Origin: Myxococcota bacterium
GTDB lineage: Bacteria; Myxococcota_A; UBA9160; UBA4427
Assembly (NCBI GenBank): GCA_965250285.1
Contig: OZ252299.1
Location: 5,472,001 to 5,536,000 of the forward strand
Length of the DNA stretch: 64,000 nt
Direction of reading: 5' to 3'
In this document: positions 17,949 to 27,376 of the stretch, one piece after another
Position numbering within the stretch: the stretch's first letter is position 1
Layout of the letters: each line of letters opens with the position of its first letter
Translations under genes and position numbers: made by a program
Notes under the pieces: model-generated
What the model was told of the DNA's origin: nothing
The model's input: the letters and a program-made list of their open reading frames with translations, nothing else
The model's database searches: none

Positions 17949-18072
17949 CAAGCCGTTGCAGCGGACGTGGCAACGCTGTGCCGATATCGACCGTGGTAGA
18001 CTGGCGGAGTCCCAGGCGTTCTGAGCCGCGGTGCAAGGTCGTGCCACGCCGCTGAACGCCGAACCGTTGGAC
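17943..18072 (+). repeat. attC site, class B (last intact site)
   Basis: GCCTAAC...GTTGGAC. Confidence 0.9.
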
Positions 18073-18090
18073 GTCGTGAAGAGGAGCTCC

Positions 18091-18636
18091 GTGACGATCT
18101 CAGAGTTGGGCGCACTTGGGGAGTTCCTCGGCTCCATCCTCACGCTTGCAACCCTTGCGTATCTGGCGATTCAGATCCGGCAGAATACCGCTCAGCAGAA
18201 GCGCGAAGTGCTTATCTCGATCCAGCACGGCCAGAACGCCGTTGTCGCTCAGCTGCTGGATCCGAGCGTCATGGGCGCGTTCGTGCGCGGAGCTGCTGGC
18301 AAAGATCCATCGATCGAAGACCGTGCAACAGCGCAGAACTGGGTGCTTCAGTACCTGAATCACTTCCAGATCATCCACGATCTCCATCGGAACCGAGCGC
18401 TGGACGAAGAGCAGTACCAGCTGTGGGCTGGCTTCGCGGTAGCCATGATCGCGCCTGCCCGTGTTCGCAAGTGGTGGGAAGAGGAAGACGGTCGGTTTGC
18501 GTTCCATTCTGAGGTCCGCGAGATGATCGACGAGCGACTCCGCGATATCGAGAACCCGCCTCGCCCGATCACGGAGATGTGGAGCACGTTCGATCCCAAT
18601 CCGTGGGAGGCAGACTCGGGCGTGCGCGGCGCGTGA
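18091..18636 (+). CDS. Single-TM protein, 'TL.YLA.QIR' family (10 paralogues in window)
   Basis: ELGALGEFLGSILTLATLAYLAIQIRQN. Confidence 0.85.
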   Translation: MTISELGALGEFLGSILTLATLAYLAIQIRQNTAQQKREVLISIQHGQNAVVAQLLDPSVMGAFVRGAAGKDPSIEDRATAQNWVLQYLNHFQIIHDLHRNRALDEEQYQLWAGFAVAMIAPARVRKWWEEEDGRFAFHSEVREMIDERLRDIENPPRPITEMWSTFDPNPWEADSGVRGA

Positions 18637-18658
18637 TCTATCGACTCGGCGCCACACC

Positions 18659-18792
18659 GCCCAACAAGGCGTAGCAGCCGACCGTCGACGGCCTGGTTCG
18701 ATTGATCTTCTTTGCCATCTGGCGGCATACTTGTGTGGCCGGATCGGATCCGGTCAGCGCTGTCGCTGGCCGCTGAACGCCAACCACTGCGC
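18659..18792 (+). repeat. Degenerate attC (R' lost)
   Basis: GCCCAAC...CCGCTGAACGCC then no GTT. Confidence 0.75.
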
Positions 18793-18818
18793 AGCGCGAA
18801 TAGGGCATTCGGTCGAAC

Positions 18819-19343
18819 GTGACGTTGTCAGACCTAGCAGCGATCGGCGAGGCCGTCGGCGGGGCGGCGGTCCTCATCACGCTTGGCTACCTCGCGTATC
18901 AGTTTCGGCAGACGGCCGCGATCGAGCGAACGGCCGGCCAGAGAGACCTTCTCAGTCGATGCAGATCGTGGGTTGAGCTTACGATCACCCACGACGGGCT
19001 CTTCGAGACGCTCTGCAAGGTCCTCGCTGACTGGGAATCGGCCACCCCGGCAGAGAGAGAACGCGTCAATGCGTGGGCGCTATCCGCCGCGCTGCAAGCC
19101 GAGCAGGCGCTCTACATGCGAAGGGAAGGTCTCATCAACGAGGCCTCCTATCGCGGCTTCGTCAACGTCGCGGTTTCCATCGCTGCGACTCCGGGCGGGC
19201 GGCACTGGTGGAAGAACGCACGAATCGCGCTGGGCGACGATATCTCTGACTTGATCGACCTCGAGCTCGAATCGCGGCCGACGGATGCGCTCGACTGGAC
19301 GCAGATCTTCTCTCATTGGTCCGAGGAGTCGTCTTTCTCGTGA
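18819..19343 (+). CDS. 'TL.YLA.QIR' family protein
   Basis: DLAAIGEAVGG..TLGYLAYQFRQ; TPGGRHWW. Confidence 0.85.
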   Translation: MTLSDLAAIGEAVGGAAVLITLGYLAYQFRQTAAIERTAGQRDLLSRCRSWVELTITHDGLFETLCKVLADWESATPAERERVNAWALSAALQAEQALYMRREGLINEASYRGFVNVAVSIAATPGGRHWWKNARIALGDDISDLIDLELESRPTDALDWTQIFSHWSEESSFS

Positions 19344-19365
19344 GCCACCCCATTACCATGCACCG

Positions 19366-19494
19366 CATGCCGCGCGGTCGGAGCAGATGTGGCAACGCCT
19401 GTGGCCTTCGGCTGGTGGTACACTTTCTGAGTCCAAGGCTTTGGCCGTCGTCGTGCAAGGTCGCGCCACGCCGCTGAACGCCGATTCGTCAGGC
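19366..19494 (+). repeat. Degenerate class B attC (R' = GTCAGGC)
   Basis: TGTGGCAACG...GCCACGCCGCTGAACGCCGA; TGGTACACT retained. Confidence 0.8.
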
Positions 19495-19501
19495 CGCGCG
19501 A

Positions 19502-20296
19502 ATGGCTGCCCGATCGATCCCAGCCGAGCGACGATTCACCTTCGACGAGATCCCTGATCTGTACGATCGGGTTCGGCCCGGCTATCCCGAATCACTCTGC
19601 GACGATCTCGTCGCGATCTCCGGGCTTCCAGCCGGCGGTCGAGTTCTCGAGATCGGCTGTGGGACCGGTCAGTTGACGGTTCCCCTCGCCGAGCGGGGCT
19701 ACTCGATCCTGTGTCTCGAACCCGGTCCTGCGATCGCTGCGTTCGCACGGCAGAAGCTCGAAGCCTTCCCGCGTGTCGAAGTCGTCGAGTCGACGTTCGA
19801 GGCGTGGCCCAGCGAACCCGGCGCCTTCGACCTGGTGGTGTCCGCTCAGGCGTTCCACTGGGTCGAGCCAGAGGTGGGCTTTGCCAAGGCCGCCGAGGCC
19901 CTGACCCGCTCGGGCGTGCTCGCGGTCGTCGGCAATGCACATGGCTCGGAGCGATCGTCGATCGATGATGCCGTCGATGCAGTCTACGCGCGACATGCGC
20001 CGACTCTGTCTGGCCCGCCGGTGACACGCTGGTACGCAGAGGGGGGGCCGGTGGCCGAGCTCTTCTCGTCTTCGGGCCACTTCCAGCCGGTCGAACGTCG
20101 TCACTATCCGTGGTCGGAATCGTACTCGGCCGACGACTACTGCGATCTTCTGCGGACACACTCCGATCATCGGCTTCTCCCTCGAGATCAGCGAGAATCC
20201 TTGCTGCGCGCCCTCTCCGAGGTGATCTCGAGTCACGGAGGCACGATCGACGTCGAGTACACCGCGAATCTCTACGCAGCGGCGCGCGCGGCCTGA
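19502..20296 (+). CDS. Class I SAM-dependent methyltransferase
   Basis: YDRVRPGYP, VLEIGCGTG, FDLVVSAQAFHW. Confidence 0.9.
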   Translation: MAARSIPAERRFTFDEIPDLYDRVRPGYPESLCDDLVAISGLPAGGRVLEIGCGTGQLTVPLAERGYSILCLEPGPAIAAFARQKLEAFPRVEVVESTFEAWPSEPGAFDLVVSAQAFHWVEPEVGFAKAAEALTRSGVLAVVGNAHGSERSSIDDAVDAVYARHAPTLSGPPVTRWYAEGGPVAELFSSSGHFQPVERRHYPWSESYSADDYCDLLRTHSDHRLLPRDQRESLLRALSEVISSHGGTIDVEYTANLYAAARAA

Positions 20297-20431
20297 CCAG
20301 CGGTGGCCGCGGGTGTGGCTCCGGGGCTGCGATCACGCGCGTGGTAGAGTCTCGAATTCTCGGGTGTCAGCAGCCCCGGTGCCCGGTGGCGCCACGCCGC
20401 TGAACGCCGACCGTCAGGCAGAAGCTCAAAG

Positions 20432-20896
20432 ATGAACTGGGATGCAGTCGGCGCAATCGCAGAGCTCGCAGGGGCCATCGCGGTCTTCGCCTCGTTGGCC
20501 TACCTCGCCGTCCAGATTCGCCAGAACACGAAGTCCTCGCGCGAAGCGACGTATCAGGCGATCGTCGGCGATCTCCAGCAGTTTCGGTTGGCGATTGCGC
20601 AGGATCCCGACATATCGCGCCTCTACCGACAGGGTCTGAAGGATCTGGATGCGCTCTCAGAGGAAGACCAATGGCGTTTCGGCGCGTTGATGCAGACGCT
20701 CTACTCGGTCTTCGAGTCGCAGTATCGCGCTCGCAACCACGAGATCTTCAGTCAGGTGCTCGCCGACATGGCGTGGATCGCCGGCCGGCCCGGCGCGCGG
20801 CAGTGGTGGGGGAAGGCGAAGCGAGTGTTCGACCCCGAGTTCGTTCGCTTCGTCGATGCATCGATTGATGATGCACCGCAGCCAGACTCTGCTTGA
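20432..20896 (+). CDS. 'TL.YLA.QIR' family protein
   Basis: NWDAVGAIAE..SLAYLAVQIRQN; RPGARQWW. Confidence 0.85.
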   Translation: MNWDAVGAIAELAGAIAVFASLAYLAVQIRQNTKSSREATYQAIVGDLQQFRLAIAQDPDISRLYRQGLKDLDALSEEDQWRFGALMQTLYSVFESQYRARNHEIFSQVLADMAWIAGRPGARQWWGKAKRVFDPEFVRFVDASIDDAPQPDSA

Positions 20897-21131
20897 TCTG
20901 CGCTGTCGTCGGAGCGCGCGTGGTAGAATCACGGCTTCGAAGGCGTGAGCACGCATTGCGGCGAGCCGCCGCAAGCCGCCGAGCGCCCACCGCTCGAAGG
21001 CGACAGCGGAGGTCGAGACGATCGTCGACTATCCCTACCGATTTCGCTTCAGATGGGCTCGTGGCCCGGGGTCGACCGGTCCAGTCGAGCTCGGCGACCT
21101 GAGAGGCCTGATCGTCAGTGCGGGCATCGCC

Positions 21132-21455
21132 TTGGTGCTCGCTCTCATGGTGCTCACAGAGAGCAAGTTCAAGGGTGCGTTCTCGTACTGGGTCGTTTCG
21201 AGCATCGCTCTCGTCGCGCTCCTCGCGTTCTCGACGGTTGCCTTTGAGTACGTCCCCCGCACTTCCCTGGCGCTGGTGGTGCTTCTCTCGCTTGCGACTT
21301 CGCTCGTTGGGCTCGCTTACGCCTTCTCGATGTTCGGGCTTCGAGGGGCTGAGCCTCGATCGGTACCGATTCTCATCTCGATCTACGGTCTTATCGTGTG
21401 TGCATGTGGCCTACGGGTGGTTCGAGCGTGTACGCGCCTCGAGTCTCGCAATTGA
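21132..21455 (+). CDS. Membrane protein (start uncertain)
   Basis: Hydrophobic ORF between attC remnants. Confidence 0.6.
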   Translation: MVLALMVLTESKFKGAFSYWVVSSIALVALLAFSTVAFEYVPRTSLALVVLLSLATSLVGLAYAFSMFGLRGAEPRSVPILISIYGLIVCACGLRVVRACTRLESRN

Positions 21456-21654
21456 GACGAGTCGACGTGTGCCCTCGCGAAGGCCATGGCAGTGAGCTTG
21501 CACCTGCGAAGGGGGGCCGGATCATTGAAGCTTGGCCGGCGTTCATGCCATTCGGTCGCCGCGCGCTGACCTGTTGCGCAGCAGCGAGACCCGAAGCCCT
21601 GAGCGTCGAAAACCGCTGCACGCGCAGCGCAGCCACAGGGAGAGGTCGCAGGTT

Positions 21655-22005
21655 GTGGACGATTCACTGACCGATGCGCTCGATGGCACCCGCATGGTGT
21701 ACACCTACCCCGAGATGGGCACTGTTCGCGTCGCCTTCGCGGGCGGACGCGTGAGCTTCGAGTGGCTCGCGGGTCCGCTCGAGGGAGAATCGGGTCGTGA
21801 CTTTGCCTACCGTGCACGCAAGGTCGGCGACGATCAGTTCTTCGTGAACTGGCACGAACCCGATGCGCGCGGGTTCGTGACTCTGCACATCGACTTCGAG
21901 ACCGAGCGCGTTCGGAGCTCGGTGCTGGCGGCCTATGCAACCGACGATGAACAGGTCTTCTTTCATGGGGCGGCCATCGACCGCGTGGAGTCTTCTAGCC
22001 GTTAA
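21655..22005 (+). CDS. MoaF-like beta-barrel domain protein
   Basis: VYTYP...WLAGPLEG...FFVNWHE...VTLHIDF. Confidence 0.65.
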   Translation: MDDSLTDALDGTRMVYTYPEMGTVRVAFAGGRVSFEWLAGPLEGESGRDFAYRARKVGDDQFFVNWHEPDARGFVTLHIDFETERVRSSVLAAYATDDEQVFFHGAAIDRVESSSR

Positions 22006-22164
22006 CGAGCCGCCCATGAAGCCGCCGCAGCAGAGTCGCAACCGCTGAGGCGAGGCCAGGCCGTGGTAGCATGCCTGTTTTCCAAGGCGCTCAGCCGCTG
22101 CGAGCCAGTCTGCCGCACGATGCTGAGCGCCGACTGCTAGGCAGCAGCCGCGGAGTCTCAACGG

Positions 22165-22557
22165 GTGAAGACGGTTGCCCGATTCAGAGATCCGTGGGAG
22201 GCGCACCTTGCGCGAGGCCTGCTAGAAGCCGAGTCAATCGAGGCATTCGTCTTCGATGAGACTGTGATCGGCATCGACTGGCGGTACTCGAACGCGCTCG
22301 GCGGTGCTCGAGTCGCGGTTGCTCGAGCCGATGAAGAGGCTGCTCTCGAGCTGCTTCGGGCCCCGCTCGCAGCGCCAGCCGAGCAAGAGCCGTGTCCAGC
22401 GTGCTCTTCTCTCGACGTGACGCTCAGCCGATACTCCCTCTGGTCGCTGGTGCCCTCTCTCTTGTTCGGCGTGCCGTTCTTCTTTCCGCGCAAGCACTGG
22501 CAGTGCGCCAGCTGTGGGCACAGGTGGGGTCGAGGCCACAAGCAAGTCGACGCCTGA
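22165..22557 (+). CDS. DUF2007 domain protein with zinc ribbon
   Basis: EAHLARGLLEAESIEAFVFDE; CPAC...CASC. Confidence 0.8.
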   Translation: MKTVARFRDPWEAHLARGLLEAESIEAFVFDETVIGIDWRYSNALGGARVAVARADEEAALELLRAPLAAPAEQEPCPACSSLDVTLSRYSLWSLVPSLLFGVPFFFPRKHWQCASCGHRWGRGHKQVDA

Positions 22558-22709
22558 CCGGCTCTCGCAGCGAACGTGACACCGCTTCTGTCGGATCGGT
22601 CGTGGTAGGCTGGCTGTTGTCAGGGTGTCGAGGGTGTTCGGGGTGTTCAGCACCGCGGTGCGAGGTCGCGCCACGCTGCTGAAGGCCGAGCGCGAAGGGG
22701 CGGGCGGCA

Positions 22710-23159
22710 TTGCAGTTCACATCCCCGAAACGTCGCCAGCTGCTCAAGCGTGCCGTGACGACCGTCGACGGCCTTCTTGGTCTCGCCGTGGGGGTGCTGC
22801 TCGTCTACTCACTCAGTGAATGGGCGCCAAACTCGGGTGTCATTGTCTCGAGCTTGGCCATGGCCGTTCTCATCCCGGTCGTCACGACCGTCTGGCTTGC
22901 TGCCTTTAGCCCTCACTCGACTGAAAGGATCGAGGTCGGTGAGCATGCGATCAGCTTCAACTCGTACGGTGACGTGATCAGTATCCCGTGGTCTGCTCTC
23001 TCATCGGTGGGCTCGTCGAAGGGTCTCTCTCGGAGCGTGAAGTTCAGCTCGCTCGAGACGTCAGGCTTCTCGGTTTCACAGTGGTCGTTCTCTTCAGAAA
23101 TCTGGGCCGCATTGCTTCGCGAGATCTCTCTGCGAGCCCCGCACGTCACGGCCACCTGA
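22710..23159 (+). CDS. Membrane protein
   Basis: Two TMs; TGA in ACCTGAC R''-like remnant. Confidence 0.7.
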   Translation: MQFTSPKRRQLLKRAVTTVDGLLGLAVGVLLVYSLSEWAPNSGVIVSSLAMAVLIPVVTTVWLAAFSPHSTERIEVGEHAISFNSYGDVISIPWSALSSVGSSKGLSRSVKFSSLETSGFSVSQWSFSSEIWAALLREISLRAPHVTAT

Positions 23160-23286
23160 CGAACCATCGCAGCAGATGCGTTGTCGATCTGGGTGAGTCG
23201 GGTCATGGTCAAGCTGAGAAGTCAGAGGCGTTGTCAGTGGCTGTGCCAGGTCGGCGCAAGCCACTGAACGCCGACCGCTGGGTGGC

Positions 23287-23784
23287 GTGATGGGCGCTCG
23301 AATCGCTCGCGTACTTGCTTGGGTCATAGTCTCAGCTCTCGCACTGCTCACGAGTTGTGCTCTTGTCCCCGTCGCGCTCTTCTCGATCTTCGGTCAGTCC
23401 GAAGTCGTCAGAGTCCCCTCGCCCAATGGTCGCGTCGACGCGGTTCTCGTCGAAACCAACGGCGGTGCGACCACCTCGTTCGGATATCGAGTGATCCTGA
23501 CACGTCACGATTGGCATTGGCGCACGGGGCGCGAGACCGCGAGCTTGTACGGAGCGGTCCGCTCTGAGAACGCATATGGGGCCAATCTCGAATGGCAAGA
23601 CGAGAATTCCCTGTCGGTGCTCTACCTGAGGGCACGGCGGGCGACTGAGCGGGAGCACCCGACGACCATTGCAGGACGAACCGTCACGACGACGCTCCGT
23701 GCAGGTGTCTCGGACCCGACGGCTCCCTCGGGTGGCATGCTCTACAACCTCGAGGGGCGTCCGCATGACGAGCGGAGCGAATGA
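23287..23784 (+). CDS. Exported hypothetical protein
   Basis: SPNGRVDAVLVETNGGATTSFGY. Confidence 0.8.
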   Translation: MMGARIARVLAWVIVSALALLTSCALVPVALFSIFGQSEVVRVPSPNGRVDAVLVETNGGATTSFGYRVILTRHDWHWRTGRETASLYGAVRSENAYGANLEWQDENSLSVLYLRARRATEREHPTTIAGRTVTTTLRAGVSDPTAPSGGMLYNLEGRPHDERSE

Positions 23785-23910
23785 GGGCAGCCGCCTTGCT
23801 TCCGCCGAGGCGATGTCGGCTCGTGTTAGTCTCCCGAGTGTTCGAGGCGTAGGGCCGCCGTGGGCGAGGGCGCCGCGAGTGGGTGATCGCCCACCGCCAG
23901 GTCGCCAGAG

Positions 23911-24333
23911 TTGAACTGGGACCAGATCGAAGCGATTCGAAGGTACGCCGAGAACGCGACGCCTGAAGAGCGGCGCGAGCTCGCCGCTGCGCTGCTCGAA
24001 ATCGACGACGGCGGAAAGCGGGTTGGCTACACCCCGCTATCGCCCGGCACGGTTTGGCTGAGCCGCGCCGCGAGCGTTCCGGCTCTCGCCGCGAATGCGT
24101 ACCTGCTCTCCGGCGTCGCAGTGCATCCACTTCGGATCATCGTGGCCCACGCGTTGCCGCTCTTGTTGGTCTGGTATCCGAACCAGTTCTCGAGCGCCGT
24201 CGGGCACCTCACTCTCTCGAGCTACATCGACCGACCCTCGTCGCCCCGCATCGTGCTGGGCTTGTCGTGGGTCTGGCTGTGTTGGCCCCTGTTGATGTTC
24301 CTCGCACGACTCGTTCGCACCTTCTCGACTTGA
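23911..24333 (+). CDS. Membrane protein
   Basis: ORF between remnants. Confidence 0.7.
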   Translation: MNWDQIEAIRRYAENATPEERRELAAALLEIDDGGKRVGYTPLSPGTVWLSRAASVPALAANAYLLSGVAVHPLRIIVAHALPLLLVWYPNQFSSAVGHLTLSSYIDRPSSPRIVLGLSWVWLCWPLLMFLARLVRTFST

Positions 24334-24490
24334 TGCGCCGTTGCAGCCGAGTTGCGCTCGCTGAGGCGAGATCGCGTCGTGGTAGACTGCCGCCTTCTCG
24401 ATGCGCTCAGACGCTGCGAACCAGGTCGCTTCACGCCGCCGAGCGCCAACCGCTCAACGGGCAGTGGCTTCGAGAACCGCTATGAGAGGC

Positions 24491-25159
24491 ATGATGGATC
24501 CGACACCCACGAGACACGCGCCGAGCCTCATTCTGTGGGGCGGCATCGGCTGGATCGTCTTCTACGTCGCAAGCTTCGCCGCGCTGGGGCAGGATCCTCC
24601 GACGGTGGAATCGACCGGTGCCGAGATCGTCGCCTGGTTCACCAACAACGGAACGGCCGCTCAGATCTACGCATGGACGGCTGCGTTCGCGGCCCTCGGG
24701 CTGACCGTGTTCGGCGCCATGCTGACGGGGCTGCTTCCCAGCCCGCACCGCTACATCCTGTTCGGCGGCGTGCTCATGTGGGTCGTCACGGGGATGGTGC
24801 AGGCTTGGTTCTGGGCCGGGTTGGCATTTCGTCCGGAGAATCTCGATCCGGCCGTGGCTGAGCTTCTGTTCGTCATTCCGCAGTACTGGGGGCCCGTGAT
24901 CAACGGCTCGACCATGACGATGGCGTTGCCCTTCATCCTGCTCGGGTTCGGGGCGAATGCGACGATTCCTCGCTGGTTCGCCTGGCTCAGCGTCGCACTC
25001 TTCGTCGAGCAGGCGATCGAGACGATCACTGTGTTCGGGCGAAGCGGCTTTCTGGCACCGGGGGGTGCGATGAACCTCTATCTGGGCGGCTCGATCGGAC
25101 TGGCCTGGGTCGTTGGAGCCCTGGTTTGGGGCCATCGAGCGTGGCAGGCGCGAAGCTGA
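24491..25159 (+). CDS. Multi-pass membrane protein
   Basis: Long hydrophobic ORF. Confidence 0.8.
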   Translation: MMDPTPTRHAPSLILWGGIGWIVFYVASFAALGQDPPTVESTGAEIVAWFTNNGTAAQIYAWTAAFAALGLTVFGAMLTGLLPSPHRYILFGGVLMWVVTGMVQAWFWAGLAFRPENLDPAVAELLFVIPQYWGPVINGSTMTMALPFILLGFGANATIPRWFAWLSVALFVEQAIETITVFGRSGFLAPGGAMNLYLGGSIGLAWVVGALVWGHRAWQARS

Positions 25160-25673
25160 GCTCGGTTTCGCATGTGACTCGATCGCGTGCTGAAGCAGAG
25201 TGACCCGCCCGAGCAGCCGTCTCATCGAATCAGCGATCGGTCGTTTCGATTCGATCTGGCTGCGAGTGGCCCCAGACTCTCTCGGGCTGGGGCAGGACAG
25301 GTCGTCGCGTTTTGCTTCGCCCTGACCGCCGGTCGTTGAGCGGTATGGACGAAGCCGAGACAGAAAGAGTCGAGGGAAACCCGTGGGCGTGGCTCGGTGC
25401 CGGGGCCTTCGCGCGTGGATCGGGCCTCTTCTGTCTCTACGTCGAATCAGTCGCCGAGATCATCTCCGCACAGCCGCTGACGTAGCCGTGACGAGCCACT
25501 CGACGACATGCGGAAGCGGGCGAGCACACCACGGCTTCGATTGACCTCGGGTGCCGACTGGGGCGATACTTGATTTTCAGGATCGGGGCCGGTCAGCGCT
25601 GTGGCGGGCCGCCGAACGCCGATTCGTCGAGCCCCGCCCGTCTTCGCGGGCAGTGGATGAAGAAGTCGAGACC

Positions 25674-26099
25674 GTGCAGTTCGATTCACTCGTCTACCCC
25701 ATGTTCGCCATGGTCATCCTCACGGCCCTGACCCTCTTTCGCCTCTTCGCGGGGCGCATGTCGGCCGTTCGTTCAGGGGCAGCCGACGCCCGGTACTTCA
25801 AGACGTATCAGGAGGGCGGCGAGCCTGTTGCGACGGCCCAGCTCTCTCGAAACTTTTCGAACCTCTTCGAGGCGCCGACGCTCTTCTACGTCGCCTGCCT
25901 GGCCGCCATGATTGCGGCGCCGTCTTCGACCGCAGTACTGGTGCTCGCATGGCTCTACGTCGTGTCGCGGGTGGCCCACACCTGGGTCCACACGACGAGC
26001 AACACGCTCAATCACCGGATCGCCGCATACTTCGCGAGCTGGGCGGTGCTCTTGGCGCTCTGGCTGGCGGTCGTGTGGGCGGTCGCAAGTCAACCCTAG
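25674..26099 (+). CDS. MAPEG family protein
   Basis: SRNFSNLFEAPTLFY, YVVSRVAHT. Confidence 0.88.
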   Translation: MQFDSLVYPMFAMVILTALTLFRLFAGRMSAVRSGAADARYFKTYQEGGEPVATAQLSRNFSNLFEAPTLFYVACLAAMIAAPSSTAVLVLAWLYVVSRVAHTWVHTTSNTLNHRIAAYFASWAVLLALWLAVVWAVASQP

Positions 26100-26271
26100 T
26101 CGGGTACGGCCCTCTTGGCGGCGGGGAACCCGGCCGGTGGGCTCGCCGATTGCGCTTCGACATCGAGCGCATCGGTCGGGGGTCGGGTTTCGAGAACCGA
26201 GGCGTCGCCGGCTGCCGTGCCACGTCGGCTCGAGCCGCTGGGCGCCGGTGCATCATGCGGCAGGGCCCTCC

Positions 26272-26751
26272 ATGAACTGGGAAGCTGTGGGTGCGATCGC
26301 CGAGCTGCTCGGCGCGCTCGGTGTCATCGCGACACTCGTCTATCTCGCGCGACAGATCAGCGTGAACACGTCCACGGTGCGTGCGTCGGCCGCAGCGTCT
26401 CTGTCCGAAGCGAACACGGGCCTGTCGGCGCTGTTGGCTCAAGATGCCGAAGTCAACCGCCTCTTCTGGAGCTGTCTCACGGATCGAGACAGCCTCTCGG
26501 AACCAGAGAAGCTTCGATCGGATGCCATCATCGCGACCTTCCTCGGCGTGATCGAGCAGTCTCACGACTTCTACGCCGAAGGCGCGATCACGGACGAGAA
26601 GCGCGAAGCGCGCGAGCTGCAGCTCGCCTGGCTGGTGACGCAGCCCGGGTTCTCGGCCTTCTGGGACGCGTACGGTCCGACGTACGCTCGGTCGTTTGCA
26701 GCGCTCGTCGAGCGAGCGCAACAGAGCGGGCCACGGGCGTCCGCCTCGTGA
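26272..26751 (+). CDS. 'TL.YLA.QIR' family protein
   Basis: NWEAVGAIAE..TLVYLARQI; QPGFSAFW. Confidence 0.85.
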   Translation: MNWEAVGAIAELLGALGVIATLVYLARQISVNTSTVRASAAASLSEANTGLSALLAQDAEVNRLFWSCLTDRDSLSEPEKLRSDAIIATFLGVIEQSHDFYAEGAITDEKREARELQLAWLVTQPGFSAFWDAYGPTYARSFAALVERAQQSGPRASAS

Positions 26752-26881
26752 GACCGGCCGCAGCGTCGATGGCCGCCCCGGCGACGGGTCGATGGTGGTA
26801 CGCTCGCCGACCGAGCGGCTTCGGCCGTCGTGGTGCAAAGTTGTGCCCCGACGCCGAGCGCTGATCTGCGAGGGAGCGAGC

Positions 26882-27376
26882 GTGCACCCCGGCGATGTTC
26901 TCTCTCTGACGATCGAAGTCAGCATCGCCATCGCCGGGTTCTCGGGCATCGTCGTCGTGCTCGGGCGAAGGCAGGCCGGCGAGTGGACATCCGTCGACCG
27001 GCTGCGACTGAGGGGGCTGCTCAACGCGAGCTTTGCGCCGATCGGAATCTCGGGCTTCGCGCTCGTGCTTCTCGCGTCTGATCTGCCGGCGGAGACCGTC
27101 TGGAGAGTCGCGAGCGCGCTCTACGCAGCGCTCTTCGTTCTGTTCTTCTCTCACGGCATGCGGCAGGCATCCAATCTTCCACAGGGCGAGGTCAATCGGT
27201 TGCATCTGGTCGTCGTCGGTTGCTCGGGTGTGGCCGTCAGCCTGCTGCTCGTCGTCAACGCGGTCTCGCTCGCCGTGTTCTGGCCCATGGCGGTCGCCCT
27301 GGGGTTTCAGCTCGTGCTGGCGCTGGTCAACTTCGTCGGTCTGCTGAACCGGGCCGTCTCTGCGAACCCCGACTGA
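26882..27376 (+). CDS. Membrane protein, 'E...A.AGF.G' family
   Basis: EVSIAIAGFSGIVVVLGRR. Confidence 0.85.
   Translation: MHPGDVLSLTIEVSIAIAGFSGIVVVLGRRQAGEWTSVDRLRLRGLLNASFAPIGISGFALVLLASDLPAETVWRVASALYAALFVLFFSHGMRQASNLPQGEVNRLHLVVVGCSGVAVSLLLVVNAVSLAVFWPMAVALGFQLVLALVNFVGLLNRAVSANPD

Larger units (their letters stand above)
1..18072 (+). mobile_element. Integron gene-cassette array, intact part: 35 attC sites and 34 complete cassettes; integrase not in window
   Basis: Repeated ~130-bp imperfect palindromes CTAACAAGCCGTTGCAGCGGAC...CCGCTGAACGCCGACCGTTAG separate short co-oriented single ORFs; many stop codons lie in the R'' box. Confidence 0.97.

Noticed and set aside
1..18072. CRISPR array
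   Set aside because: Repeats are ~130-bp palindromes with R/L boxes separated by gene-sized inserts; no cas genes.
1..18072. Recurrent track ORFs with LTSRCSGL, PNKPLQRT, QAAERRPLG or LTVGVQRL peptides
   Set aside because: These are translations of the attC repeat in various frames, not a protein family.
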